From an uncultured Bacteroidaceae bacterium (GTDB lineage: Bacteria; Bacteroidota; Bacteroidia; Bacteroidales; GCA-2748055), in contig CAYZMH010000005.1 in NCBI GenBank assembly GCA_964479445.1, positions 7,371 to 71,370 on the forward strand: a stretch of 64,000 nucleotides of DNA. Direction: 5' to 3'. This document shows positions 1 to 9,877 of the stretch, piece after piece (within the stretch, counting starts at the first letter, position 1; each line of letters starts with the position of its first letter). Below the pieces are notes generated by a model, which worked only from the letters and a program-made list of their open reading frames with translations, ran no database searches and was not told where the DNA came from. A program made the translations under genes and the position numbers.

Positions 1-2270
1 CCGGTGACTGCATCCTGGTTGCCCCGGACGATCATGGGGGCGGTCCATTCCGGGCACGGAACGATGGAATCTCCCTCCCGGTTGATCGTTCCCGCATCGT
101 TGCGGTAGGCAAAATGCCGGTTGTAGGAGCTGGGGGAGATGAGCCGGCTGCTGTCGCTGGAATAGATGGTGTTGTAGATTTTCGTGATAAACCGGTTGGA
201 GTAGGACAGGGGTTTACCGCCAAACTCGTTGGGGTGATTCGATCCTTCCCATATCACGATGCTGGGGTGATTGAACACCTGGTCCATGTAGGCCGGGTAT
301 CCCCCGAAATCGATCCCTCCCCACTCTCCTTCACGGATCCAGGAGGAGGTGGGCCATATCAGCATCACCCCCATCTGGTCGGCCATCTCGGCGATGCGCG
401 GATCATTGATGCTGTGGGCATAGGTACCCCCGGCATGTACGTGGATCCGGAGTGTATTGCCCATCTTTTTGCATGCCAGCAGCTCCTCTGCCAGGATCTC
501 CGGCGGTGCGCACCGGTTCCATCTGGCAATGTTTTCCACGGGCATTCGGAATCCCATGGTCTGTGCACCCCCCAGCAATTCAGGTTTCCCGTTGATGCGC
601 AGGGTGCCGTCCTCCTGGCTGATCGTGCGGATCCCGGTGGTAAACACGTAATCATCGACCACCCGTTCTTCCTGCAACAGTTTTACCTCCACCCTATAGA
701 GATTGGGATGTTCGTGGGTCCAAAGGAGTGGGTTGGCCAACCTGATCCGTTCATGCAGGTGGACGGAGTCCCGGGCAAAGATCTGCAGGGGCAGGGTGTC
801 TGAAGCGGCCGGCTGATGTTTCTCCCGGGGAAACCAGGGGTAATAGTTGATCTGCAGCTTCCCGCTGAAGGTACGGTCGGTTTGATTCTGAACCACCACC
901 CTGTAGTGCTGGACGGCGCCGGGTTCCGTAGAAACGGTGTGTGCCCTGGCGCTATGGATGAAGGTGCCTGCCGTAAGATCGATCCATGCCCGGCCGCAGA
1001 ACCAACCGACATTTCGGTCGAGTGGGGAGTGGTAAAGTTCGCCTTCGTTGTGGAAAGCAAAGACCCGGATGGCTACCAGGTTTTCCTGGTAAGGAACCAG
1101 GAACGGAGTGATATCCAACTCCACCGGCCGGCGGTTATGGGTGACATGCACTATTCGCCCGTTGATCCAGATCTCTCCCCCGGGATCCAGCGTCTCGATG
1201 TGGAGACGGGCGTGTTCGAAATTACCGGGAGTGATGATTCTGCGCAGGTAGAGATCTTCTCCGCGTTCTTTCTCACCGCCATGGACAATGGGCAGACGGC
1301 CGGACTGCCAGCGGGAATCGTTGTATCCCGGTTGGTGCCAATCCTGCATGGAGGGCGGTACCTGGAAACTCTCGTCGAGAAACTCGCTGATGCGGTAGGG
1401 ATGCCGGGTATCACAGCCCGTGCTGTCAAATGCCAGTCCGTTTAAATTATCCAGCCTCGTTCCCGTTCCGCCGTGGATTTCCAGCGCAGTTACGGGTCCG
1501 TCCCCCGCAAGCTGTGCCCAATCGCCAATTTTACGGCCGTTCACCAGCAGGTTATAGCGCCGGTTGAGCAGGTCCACCTCCAGTCTGAATCGCTGCCAGG
1601 AGCCCCTTTCATAAGCTGCGCCCATACGGTCGTTGCCGTTGTCGGTGTAGAAGATGTTACCGTTGGCGTGGAGCCCGGCTTCAGCGAGCAGGGCAGAACC
1701 GTTTTTCAGTGCGATCCCCAGGGGTGCATTGCCCTTATTGCTGTAAACATCCCAGTCAAGGTAAAACCGCCATTGCTGGGTATCTATCCGGACAGTAGTT
1801 ACGGTGCGGGGCTGGAGAAAAATGAGGGATCCTTCTTCCACCGCCAGGTTTTCGCGGTCCTGCCACGCCTCCACTTTGCGGCGTGCTGCAGCCAGGTCAC
1901 CCCGTTGATGCCCTGTCTTGCGCATCTCGTCCAGCAGGATCCGCTTTCTTGTTTCCGGAAGTGGCCGGGGTTTGAGGTTTTTTAAAAAGCGTGAAACCTC
2001 GTGGTCTTCCACGGCCTGTTTGTCCAGGGCGGTATCCATAAACCACTCACCGGCTACCCGTGTGTAGGTTTCCAGGAAATCGATGCGTTGTTCCGTGTCA
2101 AAATACTCTCTTTCTCCTTTAAAATCGGTGATGCCGTTGGCTTCACGGTCTTTGGAAAAGTAGCGCAGCTCAAAAGAGGCGGACACCTGGGCAGGTAGCG
2201 TAGAAGGGGATGCCAGGAAAATGGCTGACAGGAGGAGTATGAATCTTCTGTTTCGCGGGATCAGATGCAT
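1..2270 (-). CDS. Secreted glycoside hydrolase family 2-like protein, 3'-truncated by the window edge (>756 aa)
   Basis: Not in the ORF track because it has no stop in the window. Manual translation from ATG at 2270 gives MHLIPRNRRFILLLSAIFLASPSTLPAQ (signal peptide, then Q), a sugar-binding-like region (WQSGRLPIVHGG...LYLRR...GEIWING), an Ig-like region (LWTHEHPNLYRVEVKL...TGIRTI) and a TIM-barrel start (LRINGKP...NHPSIVIWEGSNHP). The frame stays open to position 1. Confidence 0.8.
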   Translation of the reverse strand, partial: MHLIPRNRRFILLLSAIFLASPSTLPAQVSASFELRYFSKDREANGITDFKGEREYFDTEQRIDFLETYTRVAGEWFMDTALDKQAVEDHEVSRFLKNLKPRPLPETRKRILLDEMRKTGHQRGDLAAARRKVEAWQDRENLAVEEGSLIFLQPRTVTTVRIDTQQWRFYLDWDVYSNKGNAPLGIALKNGSALLAEAGLHANGNIFYTDNGNDRMGAAYERGSWQRFRLEVDLLNRRYNLLVNGRKIGDWAQLAGDGPVTALEIHGGTGTRLDNLNGLAFDSTGCDTRHPYRISEFLDESFQVPPSMQDWHQPGYNDSRWQSGRLPIVHGGEKERGEDLYLRRIITPGNFEHARLHIETLDPGGEIWINGRIVHVTHNRRPVELDITPFLVPYQENLVAIRVFAFHNEGELYHSPLDRNVGWFCGRAWIDLTAGTFIHSARAHTVSTEPGAVQHYRVVVQNQTDRTFSGKLQINYYPWFPREKHQPAASDTLPLQIFARDSVHLHERIRLANPLLWTHEHPNLYRVEVKLLQEERVVDDYVFTTGIRTISQEDGTLRINGKPELLGGAQTMGFRMPVENIARWNRCAPPEILAEELLACKKMGNTLRIHVHAGGTYAHSINDPRIAEMADQMGVMLIWPTSSWIREGEWGGIDFGGYPAYMDQVFNHPSIVIWEGSNHPNEFGGKPLSYSNRFITKIYNTIYSSDSSRLISPSSYNRHFAYRNDAGTINREGDSIVPCPEWTAPMIVRGNQDAVT

Positions 2271-2298
2271 AGCATAAATAGTAATGGTGGAACGGGCA

Positions 2299-3186
2299 TC
2301 AGGAGTCGTCATCCGCTTTTATAAGTGCGGTGCGGATCTGCCTGACCAGGTTATTAACCTGAACCAGGGTTTCGGGTTCATACGTGATGGTGGCATCTGC
2401 GGCGCGGATCTTCTTCCGGGCAGTGTCCACCTGGAACCCTTCCCTGGGATAACGGATGGTTACCCGGTCAAATTGTTTCCTCAGCTTTTTTAGCATGAGC
2501 AAATAGCCGGCCACAGGGAGTGACTCCTGGTGATTGCTGAGCAGGGTGATCATACTGTTGAGGGCGTATTTCTGTTGAAGGATGCGGTCTGCCATTTCCG
2601 GGGACCGGCTTTCTTCCTGGTAGATCTTCACACCGATGTACATGGCTTCGATCCAACCCCCGAATAGCGTTAGTGCAGCCAGGTTTTCATAGCCGTTCTC
2701 CCTGAAGTAACGATCGGTTTGTACATAGATGTCTTCAATCACACTGGCCAGAGAATCTTCATTGTTGAAGTGTTTTTCCAGTCGCTTGCTGGAGGCTTCG
2801 AAGATCGGATCGGGGATATCCAGTTTCCCTGCCAGCACCTGGATGGCCGAGTAGTAGGAGCCGGCATCCGCTGACTGTTCAAAAAGCTTGGTGTAACTCA
2901 TATCCACCCCGTACACTCCCATCATCACTGCCATCTGTTCCGGTTTACGGTAAAGGGTGATGTGCCGGGTGGGGGCTGTAAATTCCGGGTTGTAGTTGGT
3001 GCCGGTTCGCTCGAACAGTCCGGCTACATCCGTGGGAAGATAGAGCGAGTAGATGATATCGTGTACCTGCTCCGGGTCGGAGCCGGAACCGGCCTGCCGG
3101 AAAGCCTCCGCGGGCTCTTTCTGCGGGGATTTACAGGCAGTAAGTGACAGGGTAAGCAAGGCAAACAGACAGATTACATGGTTCAT
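2299..3186 (-). CDS. Conserved hypothetical lipoprotein
   Basis: 295 aa ORF with a lipobox (LSLTAC) and a helical-looking body (MMGVYGVDMSY...LTLFGGWIEAMYI); function not recognised. Confidence 0.75.
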   Translation of the reverse strand: MNHVICLFALLTLSLTACKSPQKEPAEAFRQAGSGSDPEQVHDIIYSLYLPTDVAGLFERTGTNYNPEFTAPTRHITLYRKPEQMAVMMGVYGVDMSYTKLFEQSADAGSYYSAIQVLAGKLDIPDPIFEASSKRLEKHFNNEDSLASVIEDIYVQTDRYFRENGYENLAALTLFGGWIEAMYIGVKIYQEESRSPEMADRILQQKYALNSMITLLSNHQESLPVAGYLLMLKKLRKQFDRVTIRYPREGFQVDTARKKIRAADATITYEPETLVQVNNLVRQIRTALIKADDDS

Positions 3187-3247
3187 TCCCGGTAGAAATT
3201 TTTACTAAAGGTATAAAAAACGGAATAAAATCGGAGAGCGGATGCGA

Positions 3248-3940
3248 TCAGACCATATCCCTGGTTTTCAATGCGGCGACGATCATTTCGGCTATCTCCT
3301 CGACACTCAACGTCATGCAGTTGTACCGGATATCAAAGCGGGTGTAATCGGTTCCCCTCCCTTCAAACATATCGCGGAATTGCTGTCTTTTTTTATCAAC
3401 ATTTCGTGCATACTTACGGGCCTGATCGATGGTCATATCATGTTTCTCGGCTATCCGGAGCGCCCTCCATTCCAGCGGGGCTTCCAGGCAAACATGGAGA
3501 GACTTGGGGATATCGTGGGTAATGGCCACTCCGCCCCGGCCAACAATGATTGCATTTCCATAGTTGGCAAATGAACGAATCACCTTGGCCATGGTGTTGC
3601 GGATTTTGTAATCGGGTTTGTAATAATCCTTGGACTGGGTCAGAAGCAGGTCTTCGAGTACCCCCCGCTTTTTGTAATCAAAGACGTGCTGTATGCGTTC
3701 GCTCTCCACCTTCAGTTCTCGGGCAGACTCCTGCAGGATCTCTTTGCTGATCCACCGCCAGGCATGATCCTTTGCTTTTTTGCTCTTGATATCATTGAGT
3801 TTGTCGGTCAATGCAGAAGCAATTTTCTTGGCCGGACATCCCAATTGACGGGAAATAGTGACGACCGGACCGGGAAATATATTCTTTGCAGGGTCATCTT
3901 TGTACCAGTCATCCAGATATTTCGACAGATCCACTTTCAT
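3248..3940 (-). CDS. Cytidylate kinase-like family protein
   Basis: VVTISRQLGCPAKKIA N-terminal motif, AIIVGRGG, LHVCLEAPLEWR and a YNCMTLS C-terminus are typical of the cytidylate-kinase-like family. Confidence 0.85.
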   Translation of the reverse strand: MKVDLSKYLDDWYKDDPAKNIFPGPVVTISRQLGCPAKKIASALTDKLNDIKSKKAKDHAWRWISKEILQESARELKVESERIQHVFDYKKRGVLEDLLLTQSKDYYKPDYKIRNTMAKVIRSFANYGNAIIVGRGGVAITHDIPKSLHVCLEAPLEWRALRIAEKHDMTIDQARKYARNVDKKRQQFRDMFEGRGTDYTRFDIRYNCMTLSVEEIAEMIVAALKTRDMV

Positions 3941-4140
3941 AGGTCAGGGTGTTTGTTGCCTGTTTACAATATAGAACTTTTCGGAATGAAAATCAAGAAA
4001 GCCGAAGGAATATGAACCGGCAGTCCGGTTAATACCTCATACAGGGATTCCCGAATATTCGCACAGTCAATTTTTAACCTGTTTTCTGTCAACCAAATGC
4101 ACTTCTGCTTGTTGTTATAACGTAACCAAACGCGTTTCTT

Positions 4141-5103
4141 ATGAATAAGATTACCGTAATTGGCGCCGGCAATGTGGGAGCCACCACGGCCAATGTCATT
4201 GCGCATAAAGACCTTGCCCGGGAGGTTGTTTTACTGGATATCAAGGACGGACTGGCGGAAGGGAAGGCTCTTGATATCTGGCAGACCTCTTCCATACACC
4301 ATTTCAATACACGGGTGACCGGATCCACCAACGATTACCTGAAAACCAAGGGATCCGGCGTTGTGGTGATTACCTCCGGCGTTCCCCGGAAACCGGGGAT
4401 GTCGCGGGACGATTTGATCAAAACCAATGCTACCATTGTCAAGGATGTGACGGAGAGAGTGATCAAATACTCTCCCGATGCCATTATTATAGTGGTGTCC
4501 AATCCGCTGGATGTTATGACCTATGCTGCTTTTCGTGCAGCCAATAAATCTTCCAACAAAGTCTTTGGTATGGCCGGAGTGCTGGATACCGGGCGCTATA
4601 AAGCTTTTATTGCGGAAGCGCTCAATGTCTCCCCGGAGGATATCCACGCCATGCTCCTGGGAGGTCATGGAGATACCATGGTACCACTGCCCCGGTACAC
4701 CTCCATTAACGGGATCCCCGTAACCGAACTGCTCAGTGAAGAGGTGATCGAAAAGATCGTCGACCGCACCCGCAAAGGGGGTGGTGAGCTGGTCAGACTG
4801 ATGGGTACCTCGGCCTGGTATGCACCGGGAGGCGCCGTGGCCCAGATGGTGGAAGCCATTGTGGATGACCAGAAACGGGTATTGCCTGTATGTGCCTGTT
4901 TGAAAGGGGAATTTGGATTAAAGAATATCTACCTGGGGGTACCCGTTAAGCTTGGAAGAGACGGAGTCGAGGAGGTAGTGGAAATCAGTCTGAACGAAGG
5001 CGAGCGCCAGTTGCTGAATGCGTCAGCCGAATCCGTTAAGAAAGTGATGAAGGTCCTCGATGATTTGGAGTTATTTGATTCCACCTTTCCCTGCAATGAG
5101 TAA
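4141..5103 (+). CDS. mdh: Malate dehydrogenase (LDH-like)
   Basis: KITVIGAGNVG, VVITSGVPRKPGMSRDDL, VSNPLD, GMAGVLDTGR, LGGHGDTMVP, GTSAWYAP. Confidence 0.97.
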   Translation: MNKITVIGAGNVGATTANVIAHKDLAREVVLLDIKDGLAEGKALDIWQTSSIHHFNTRVTGSTNDYLKTKGSGVVVITSGVPRKPGMSRDDLIKTNATIVKDVTERVIKYSPDAIIIVVSNPLDVMTYAAFRAANKSSNKVFGMAGVLDTGRYKAFIAEALNVSPEDIHAMLLGGHGDTMVPLPRYTSINGIPVTELLSEEVIEKIVDRTRKGGGELVRLMGTSAWYAPGGAVAQMVEAIVDDQKRVLPVCACLKGEFGLKNIYLGVPVKLGRDGVEEVVEISLNEGERQLLNASAESVKKVMKVLDDLELFDSTFPCNE

Positions 5104-5253
5104 CCCCCCCTATCCGCGATGAGTGAGTCTTTCGCGCCCTGCGGTTAGCGATCATATATCCATGTATAGAGCAACCCCACTCCGCTGTTGACAATTGTAA
5201 AATTTATTGTTATCCCTGTTGCTGAGCTTTTAACAGGATGACGATGAAATGAC

Positions 5254-5291
5254 GATATACATATTTTAATACATATTTAAATATGTATATC
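5254..5291. promoter_or_regulatory. AT-rich palindromic putative operator
   Basis: GATATACATATTT (5254-5266) and AAATATGTATATC (5279-5291) are perfect 13-bp inverted arms. An inner perfect 20-bp palindrome, ATACATATTTAAATATGTAT, lies at 5269-5288. It sits in the mdh-secDF intergenic region. Confidence 0.4.
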
Positions 5292-5391
5292 TTATAAATG
5301 AGAAGAACCTGGATACGGGCACTCTTCCCGTCCATTTTTTAGCCCGCCGGAACATCCTTCCTTATTCCTCCCATTTTCAAAAAAATAGTAT

Positions 5392-5399
5392 TATATTTG
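5392..5399 (+). promoter_or_regulatory. Bacteroidota sigma-70 -7 box upstream of secDF
   Basis: TATATTTG matches TAnnTTTG, about 50 nt upstream of the secDF ATG. Confidence 0.6.
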
Positions 5400-5450
5400 C
5401 GGGTCCAATTGAAAAGATAGATTAAACCGTTATTAATAAATTAGTTAAAA

Positions 5451-8400
5451 ATGCAGAATAAAGGTGCAATCAGGTTACTGGCCATCGTTTTTGCTGCGAT
5501 TTGTGTGTACCAGCTCTCGTTCACGTTTTTCACCCAGAAGGTGGAGCGGAATGCCCGGGAGTATGCTGAGGGAGATTTCAGCAAAGAGCGGGCTTACCTG
5601 GATTCCATGAAGAGTGAAGAGGTGTATAATTTCCTATGGATCAAAAAATACACCTACCAGGAGTGCAAGGAGCGTGAAATCAACCTGGGACTGGACCTCA
5701 AGGGGGGTATGAACGTGGTACTGGAAATAGCCGTTGAAGACATTATCCGGTCCCTGGCCGCCCCGCAATATCTTTCCGATCCGGTATTTACCCAGACCAT
5801 GGAGCTGGCCAAAGAGAAAAAGCGCAACTCCCCCCAGGATTTTGCCGATTTGTTTGCTGAAGCATTCGAAGAGATCAATCCGGGCGGACAGTTAGCCCAG
5901 TTTTTCATGACTCCTGAGTCGCGCGGCGAAATCGATTTCAATACCACCAACGAAGAGGTGGTGGAGCACCTGAAGAGCGAGGCGGAAGATGCCATTGAAA
6001 ACTCCTATAACGTTCTGCGAAACCGTATTGACCGGTTTGGTGTTGTTCAGATGAATATCCAGCGCCTGGAGCGCCAGGGAAGGATCCTGGTGGAGCTACC
6101 GGGGGTAAAGGAGCCCGAACGTGTGACCAAGTTATTAACCGGAACGGCCAACCTGGAGTTCTGGACCACCTACCAGAATACCGAGATCTGGCCCATGATG
6201 GAAGAGGCCAACCAGATACTGGCCGATATGCAGGAGGCGGAAGGACTTACCGGGGAAGCTACGGAGGAAGATACTTCCATCCCGGGAGAGGCTGAAGAAT
6301 CACCGGAGCCTGCGCAGCAAGAGGACAGCCTGCTGACCGTAGAAGGGGAAGATGAACTGCTGATGGACACCTCCGATCTGAGCATCCTGGGAGATGAAGA
6401 TACCACGGGTCTGTACTCCGACCAGGAGAGGGAATTTTTCCGGGAGAATCCGCTCTTTGCGGTAATGCGTCCTTACGTCGATAACAATGGCCGGTTAATT
6501 CCGAGCGCCGTGGCCGGGGTAGTGGAGTTAAAGGACACCGGTAAAGTAAACACCCTGCTTTCCAGACCGCAGATCCGGCAACTGTTTCCTTCCGACCTTG
6601 AGTTTGCCTGGCATTTTCAGGAGCAGGGGGAAGAGACCCCGTTCCTCTACCTGTATGCCCTGAAGGCTACCCGGAACGGTCAGCCCGCCATGGATGGTAA
6701 ATTCATCACCAATGCGAATCCGGATAACAACCCCTACACCGGTGAGTTTGAAGTCAGCATGAGCATGAATGCTGAAGGGGCCAAGAAATGGGCCAACCTG
6801 ACCCGCGAGAATGTCGGGAAGGCGATTGCGATTGTGATGGACGGAGTGGTCTACTCGGCTCCCAATGTGAACGAAGAGATTAAGGGAGGAGCTTCATCCA
6901 TCTCGGGGAACTTTACCCAGAACGAGGCCACCGACCTTGCCAATATCCTGAAGTCTGGTAAGATGCCGGCCCGTGCCCGGATCGAATCCAGTGAAGTGAT
7001 CGGTCCTTCCCTCGGAGCTCAGTCGGTTCGAGACGGAATGAACTCATTCCTGATTGCCTTTATTGTCGTACTGCTGTATATGCTCTTCTATTACAGCCGG
7101 AGGGCCGGACTGGTAGCGGATATTGCACTGTTGGCCAACATGTTCTTCCTGATCGGGGTGCTGGCATCCCTGCAGGCGGCACTCACGTTGCCGGGTATTG
7201 CAGGTATTGTGCTGACCATCGGTATGTCGGTGGATGCCAACGTGCTGATCTACGAGCGGATCCGGGAAGAGTTACAGGCTGGTAAAGGGAAAAAGGCAGC
7301 TGTCAAGGATGGATACAAAAATGCGTATTCGGCGATTATTGACGCCAACGTAACCACCTTTGTCACCGCTCTGATCCTGTTCTTCTTCGGAACCGGTCCG
7401 ATTAAAGGCTTTGCCACCACACTGGTAATTGGTATTCTCACCTCGCTCTTTACGGCAATCCTTCTTACGCGTCTTATATATGAGCGCTGGCTGGCCAAGG
7501 GCAAGTCCCTGACCTTTGCCACCAAGCTTACGCAGAATGCCTTTAAAAATATCAAGATCAATTTCCTGGATCGCAGGAAGATCTTTTATGCTATTTCTGC
7601 CCTGATTATTGCCGGCGGTGTTGCCTCCCTGGTAACGAAAGGACTGAACGGCGGCGTGGATTTCACCGGCGGCCGCAATTACGTGATAACTTTCGAGGAT
7701 GATGTGGAAGTGGAAGAGATTCGTGAAATGCTTGCCGAACAGTTTGGCCAGATGCCCACGGTGATCACCTACGGGGAGAAGAGCAGCGTTCGTATTACCA
7801 CCAAGTATATGATCGAGGATGACCGGCCGGAAGTGGATTCGATCGTCAAAGCCGAAATGTTCACGGCCCTGCAACCCGTTTTGCCGGATGACCTGAGTCG
7901 GGATGAGTTTGCAAACGGACAGGAGTATATCATCAGTTCACATAAGGTGGGCCCCACCATTGCGGACGATATCAAGCGGAGCGCTGTCTGGGTGATCCTG
8001 ATATCGCTGGCCTTTATCTTCGTCTATATCCTGGTTCGTTTCCGTAACTGGCAATTTGGTCTGGGTGCACTTGCCGCTGTGATACACGACGTACTTATTG
8101 TGATGGGACTCTTCTCCATATTCTACGGCATTATGCCGTTCTCGCTGGAGATCGACCAGGCCTTCATTGCCGCGATCCTTACGGTGGTGGGTTATTCCAT
8201 CAACGATACCGTGGTGGTGTTCGACCGGATCAGGGAGTTTGTGGGATTGCAGCGCAAGCGGGAACGAAAAGAGATCTTTAACTCGGCCCTGAACAGCACT
8301 CTGAGCCGTACCTTCAGTACTTCGCTGAGTACCTTCATGGTATTGCTTACCATCTTCATTTTCGGCGGCGATGTGATCCGCGGATTCACCTTCGCGCTGC

Positions 8401-8516
8401 TGATCGGGGTGGTTGTGGGTACCTACTCCTCGCTCTTTATAGCGACACCGGTGGTATACGATACCATTAAAAAGGGAGAGACCACCCGGGTATTGAAGGG
8501 AGCTCGCAAGAAATAA
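5451..8516 (+). CDS. secDF: Fused protein translocase subunit SecDF
   Basis: INLGLDLKGG, LRNRIDRFGV, ILVELPGV, GMSVDANVLIYERIREE, GVDFTGG, GYSINDTVVVFDRIRE. Confidence 0.98.
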   Translation: MQNKGAIRLLAIVFAAICVYQLSFTFFTQKVERNAREYAEGDFSKERAYLDSMKSEEVYNFLWIKKYTYQECKEREINLGLDLKGGMNVVLEIAVEDIIRSLAAPQYLSDPVFTQTMELAKEKKRNSPQDFADLFAEAFEEINPGGQLAQFFMTPESRGEIDFNTTNEEVVEHLKSEAEDAIENSYNVLRNRIDRFGVVQMNIQRLERQGRILVELPGVKEPERVTKLLTGTANLEFWTTYQNTEIWPMMEEANQILADMQEAEGLTGEATEEDTSIPGEAEESPEPAQQEDSLLTVEGEDELLMDTSDLSILGDEDTTGLYSDQEREFFRENPLFAVMRPYVDNNGRLIPSAVAGVVELKDTGKVNTLLSRPQIRQLFPSDLEFAWHFQEQGEETPFLYLYALKATRNGQPAMDGKFITNANPDNNPYTGEFEVSMSMNAEGAKKWANLTRENVGKAIAIVMDGVVYSAPNVNEEIKGGASSISGNFTQNEATDLANILKSGKMPARARIESSEVIGPSLGAQSVRDGMNSFLIAFIVVLLYMLFYYSRRAGLVADIALLANMFFLIGVLASLQAALTLPGIAGIVLTIGMSVDANVLIYERIREELQAGKGKKAAVKDGYKNAYSAIIDANVTTFVTALILFFFGTGPIKGFATTLVIGILTSLFTAILLTRLIYERWLAKGKSLTFATKLTQNAFKNIKINFLDRRKIFYAISALIIAGGVASLVTKGLNGGVDFTGGRNYVITFEDDVEVEEIREMLAEQFGQMPTVITYGEKSSVRITTKYMIEDDRPEVDSIVKAEMFTALQPVLPDDLSRDEFANGQEYIISSHKVGPTIADDIKRSAVWVILISLAFIFVYILVRFRNWQFGLGALAAVIHDVLIVMGLFSIFYGIMPFSLEIDQAFIAAILTVVGYSINDTVVVFDRIREFVGLQRKRERKEIFNSALNSTLSRTFSTSLSTFMVLLTIFIFGGDVIRGFTFALLIGVVVGTYSSLFIATPVVYDTIKKGETTRVLKGARKK

Positions 8517-8533
8517 TCACATCTCCCATACTG

Positions 8534-8567
8534 AAAAAGCCCGGATCACAACCCCGGGCTTTTTTTT
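8534..8567 (+). terminator. Intrinsic terminator after secDF
   Basis: AAAAAGCCCGG-loop-CCGGGCTTTTT hairpin followed by a T-tract. Confidence 0.85.
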
Positions 8568-8625
8568 ACGCCGGGAGCAGAAGTAGGGCGGTGTATTCGA
8601 TCAGGAATTTTGTATCTTTGTGTCT

Positions 8626-8910
8626 ATGGAAGTGATGACGACAGGGAGCATATTATTCATAAGCGGACAGGAGATCATCATTGTCCTCCTCATTGCTTTG
8701 CTGTTGTTTGGATCCAAGGAGATCCCCAGGATCGCCAAGGTATTCGGACAGGGCATGAAAGAGTTTCGTCGTGCAACCGATGATATTAAGCGTGAGTTCG
8801 AAGACAGCTCCTCCGAGGTGGTCAAAGATTTCAAGGATATCAAGGATGACCTTTCCAAGGACGCCGACGAGGTAGTAGACAATATCAATAAAAACCTGGA
8901 TTCAGATTAA
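8626..8910 (+). CDS. tatA: Twin-arginine translocase TatA/TatE subunit
   Basis: GGQE-like SGQEIIIVLLIALLLFGSKEIPRIAKVFGQGMKEFRRA. Start moved to ATG 8626 because the -7 box TATCTTTG occupies 8613-8620. Confidence 0.9.
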   Translation: MEVMTTGSILFISGQEIIIVLLIALLLFGSKEIPRIAKVFGQGMKEFRRATDDIKREFEDSSSEVVKDFKDIKDDLSKDADEVVDNINKNLDSD

Positions 8911-8925
8911 CCCATCTTTCCCTCT

Positions 8926-9873
8926 ATGGATTCCAGCGTGGTCTTTTTATTTCTCGGGTTAATCATTCTGTTGATAAGCGGCAAATACCTGGTGGACAGC
9001 AGTGTGGTTATTGCCCGGCTCTTCAGGATCCCAACCATCATTATTGGTCTGACCATTGTAGCTTTCGGTACTTCAGCCCCCGAATTGCTGGTGAGTGTGC
9101 AGGCGGCTGTTCAGGGTCACCCCGACATTGCCATGGGGAATGTGATCGGGAGCAACATCTCCAATATCTTACTGGTACTGGCCGCCACCGCTGTGATCTT
9201 CCCGATTATGGTGGAGTCTTCTTTCGTGCGGAGGGACTGGCCCATACTGGCGGGGATTTCCCTTCTGCTAACGCTCTTTATACTGGACCTGGAGTTGAAG
9301 CGCTGGGAAGGATTGGTTTTCCTGGGAATTTTTATCCTGTACATCATCTTTTCCATCCGCCAGGCCCGGAATCCTAGAAATGCCGATAAAGCAGAAATCA
9401 ATAAACCTGCTATCACCATGAAATGGTGGACAGCTGCGATCATTTTCCTGGTATCCTGCGCAGGGTTAAGCTTCGGGGCCGACATCCTGGTGAAAAGTAC
9501 TTCTGAGATTGCCGGTAAACTGGGAATCAGTGAACGGGTGATTTCCGTCTCCATGGTAGCACTGGGTACCAGTCTGCCTGAACTTACCACCTCGGTAATC
9601 GCAGCCCTGAAGAAAGAGACCAACATATCGGTGGGCAATATTATCGGGTCCAACATCTTGAATATGATATCGGTGCTGGGGTTAACCGCCGTTATCTCCC
9701 CCTTCAGGGTGACATCTGACACGCTCCGGATGGATATCCCCTGGATGCTGGGTGCTACCCTGATGTTGTTCCTTTTCATGATCCCTGCCCGAAAGGGCAA
9801 GATCAACCGGATTGAAGGAGGAATTATGATAGTGGCTTATCTCTTGTACATTTATTTTATCTTTACCGTCTGA
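8926..9873 (+). CDS. Calcium/sodium antiporter (YrbG/CaCA family)
   Basis: Two alpha-repeats (AFGTSAPE...GNVIGSNI and ALGTSLPE...GNIIGSNI) and about 10 TM segments. Confidence 0.93.
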   Translation: MDSSVVFLFLGLIILLISGKYLVDSSVVIARLFRIPTIIIGLTIVAFGTSAPELLVSVQAAVQGHPDIAMGNVIGSNISNILLVLAATAVIFPIMVESSFVRRDWPILAGISLLLTLFILDLELKRWEGLVFLGIFILYIIFSIRQARNPRNADKAEINKPAITMKWWTAAIIFLVSCAGLSFGADILVKSTSEIAGKLGISERVISVSMVALGTSLPELTTSVIAALKKETNISVGNIIGSNILNMISVLGLTAVISPFRVTSDTLRMDIPWMLGATLMLFLFMIPARKGKINRIEGGIMIVAYLLYIYFIFTV

Positions 9874-9877
9874 ATCC

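Noticed and set aside
114-2198. Plus-strand ORFs 114-803, 816-1445, 1473-1985 and 2001-2198
   Set aside because: All lie antisense to the continuous GH2-like reading frame on the minus strand.
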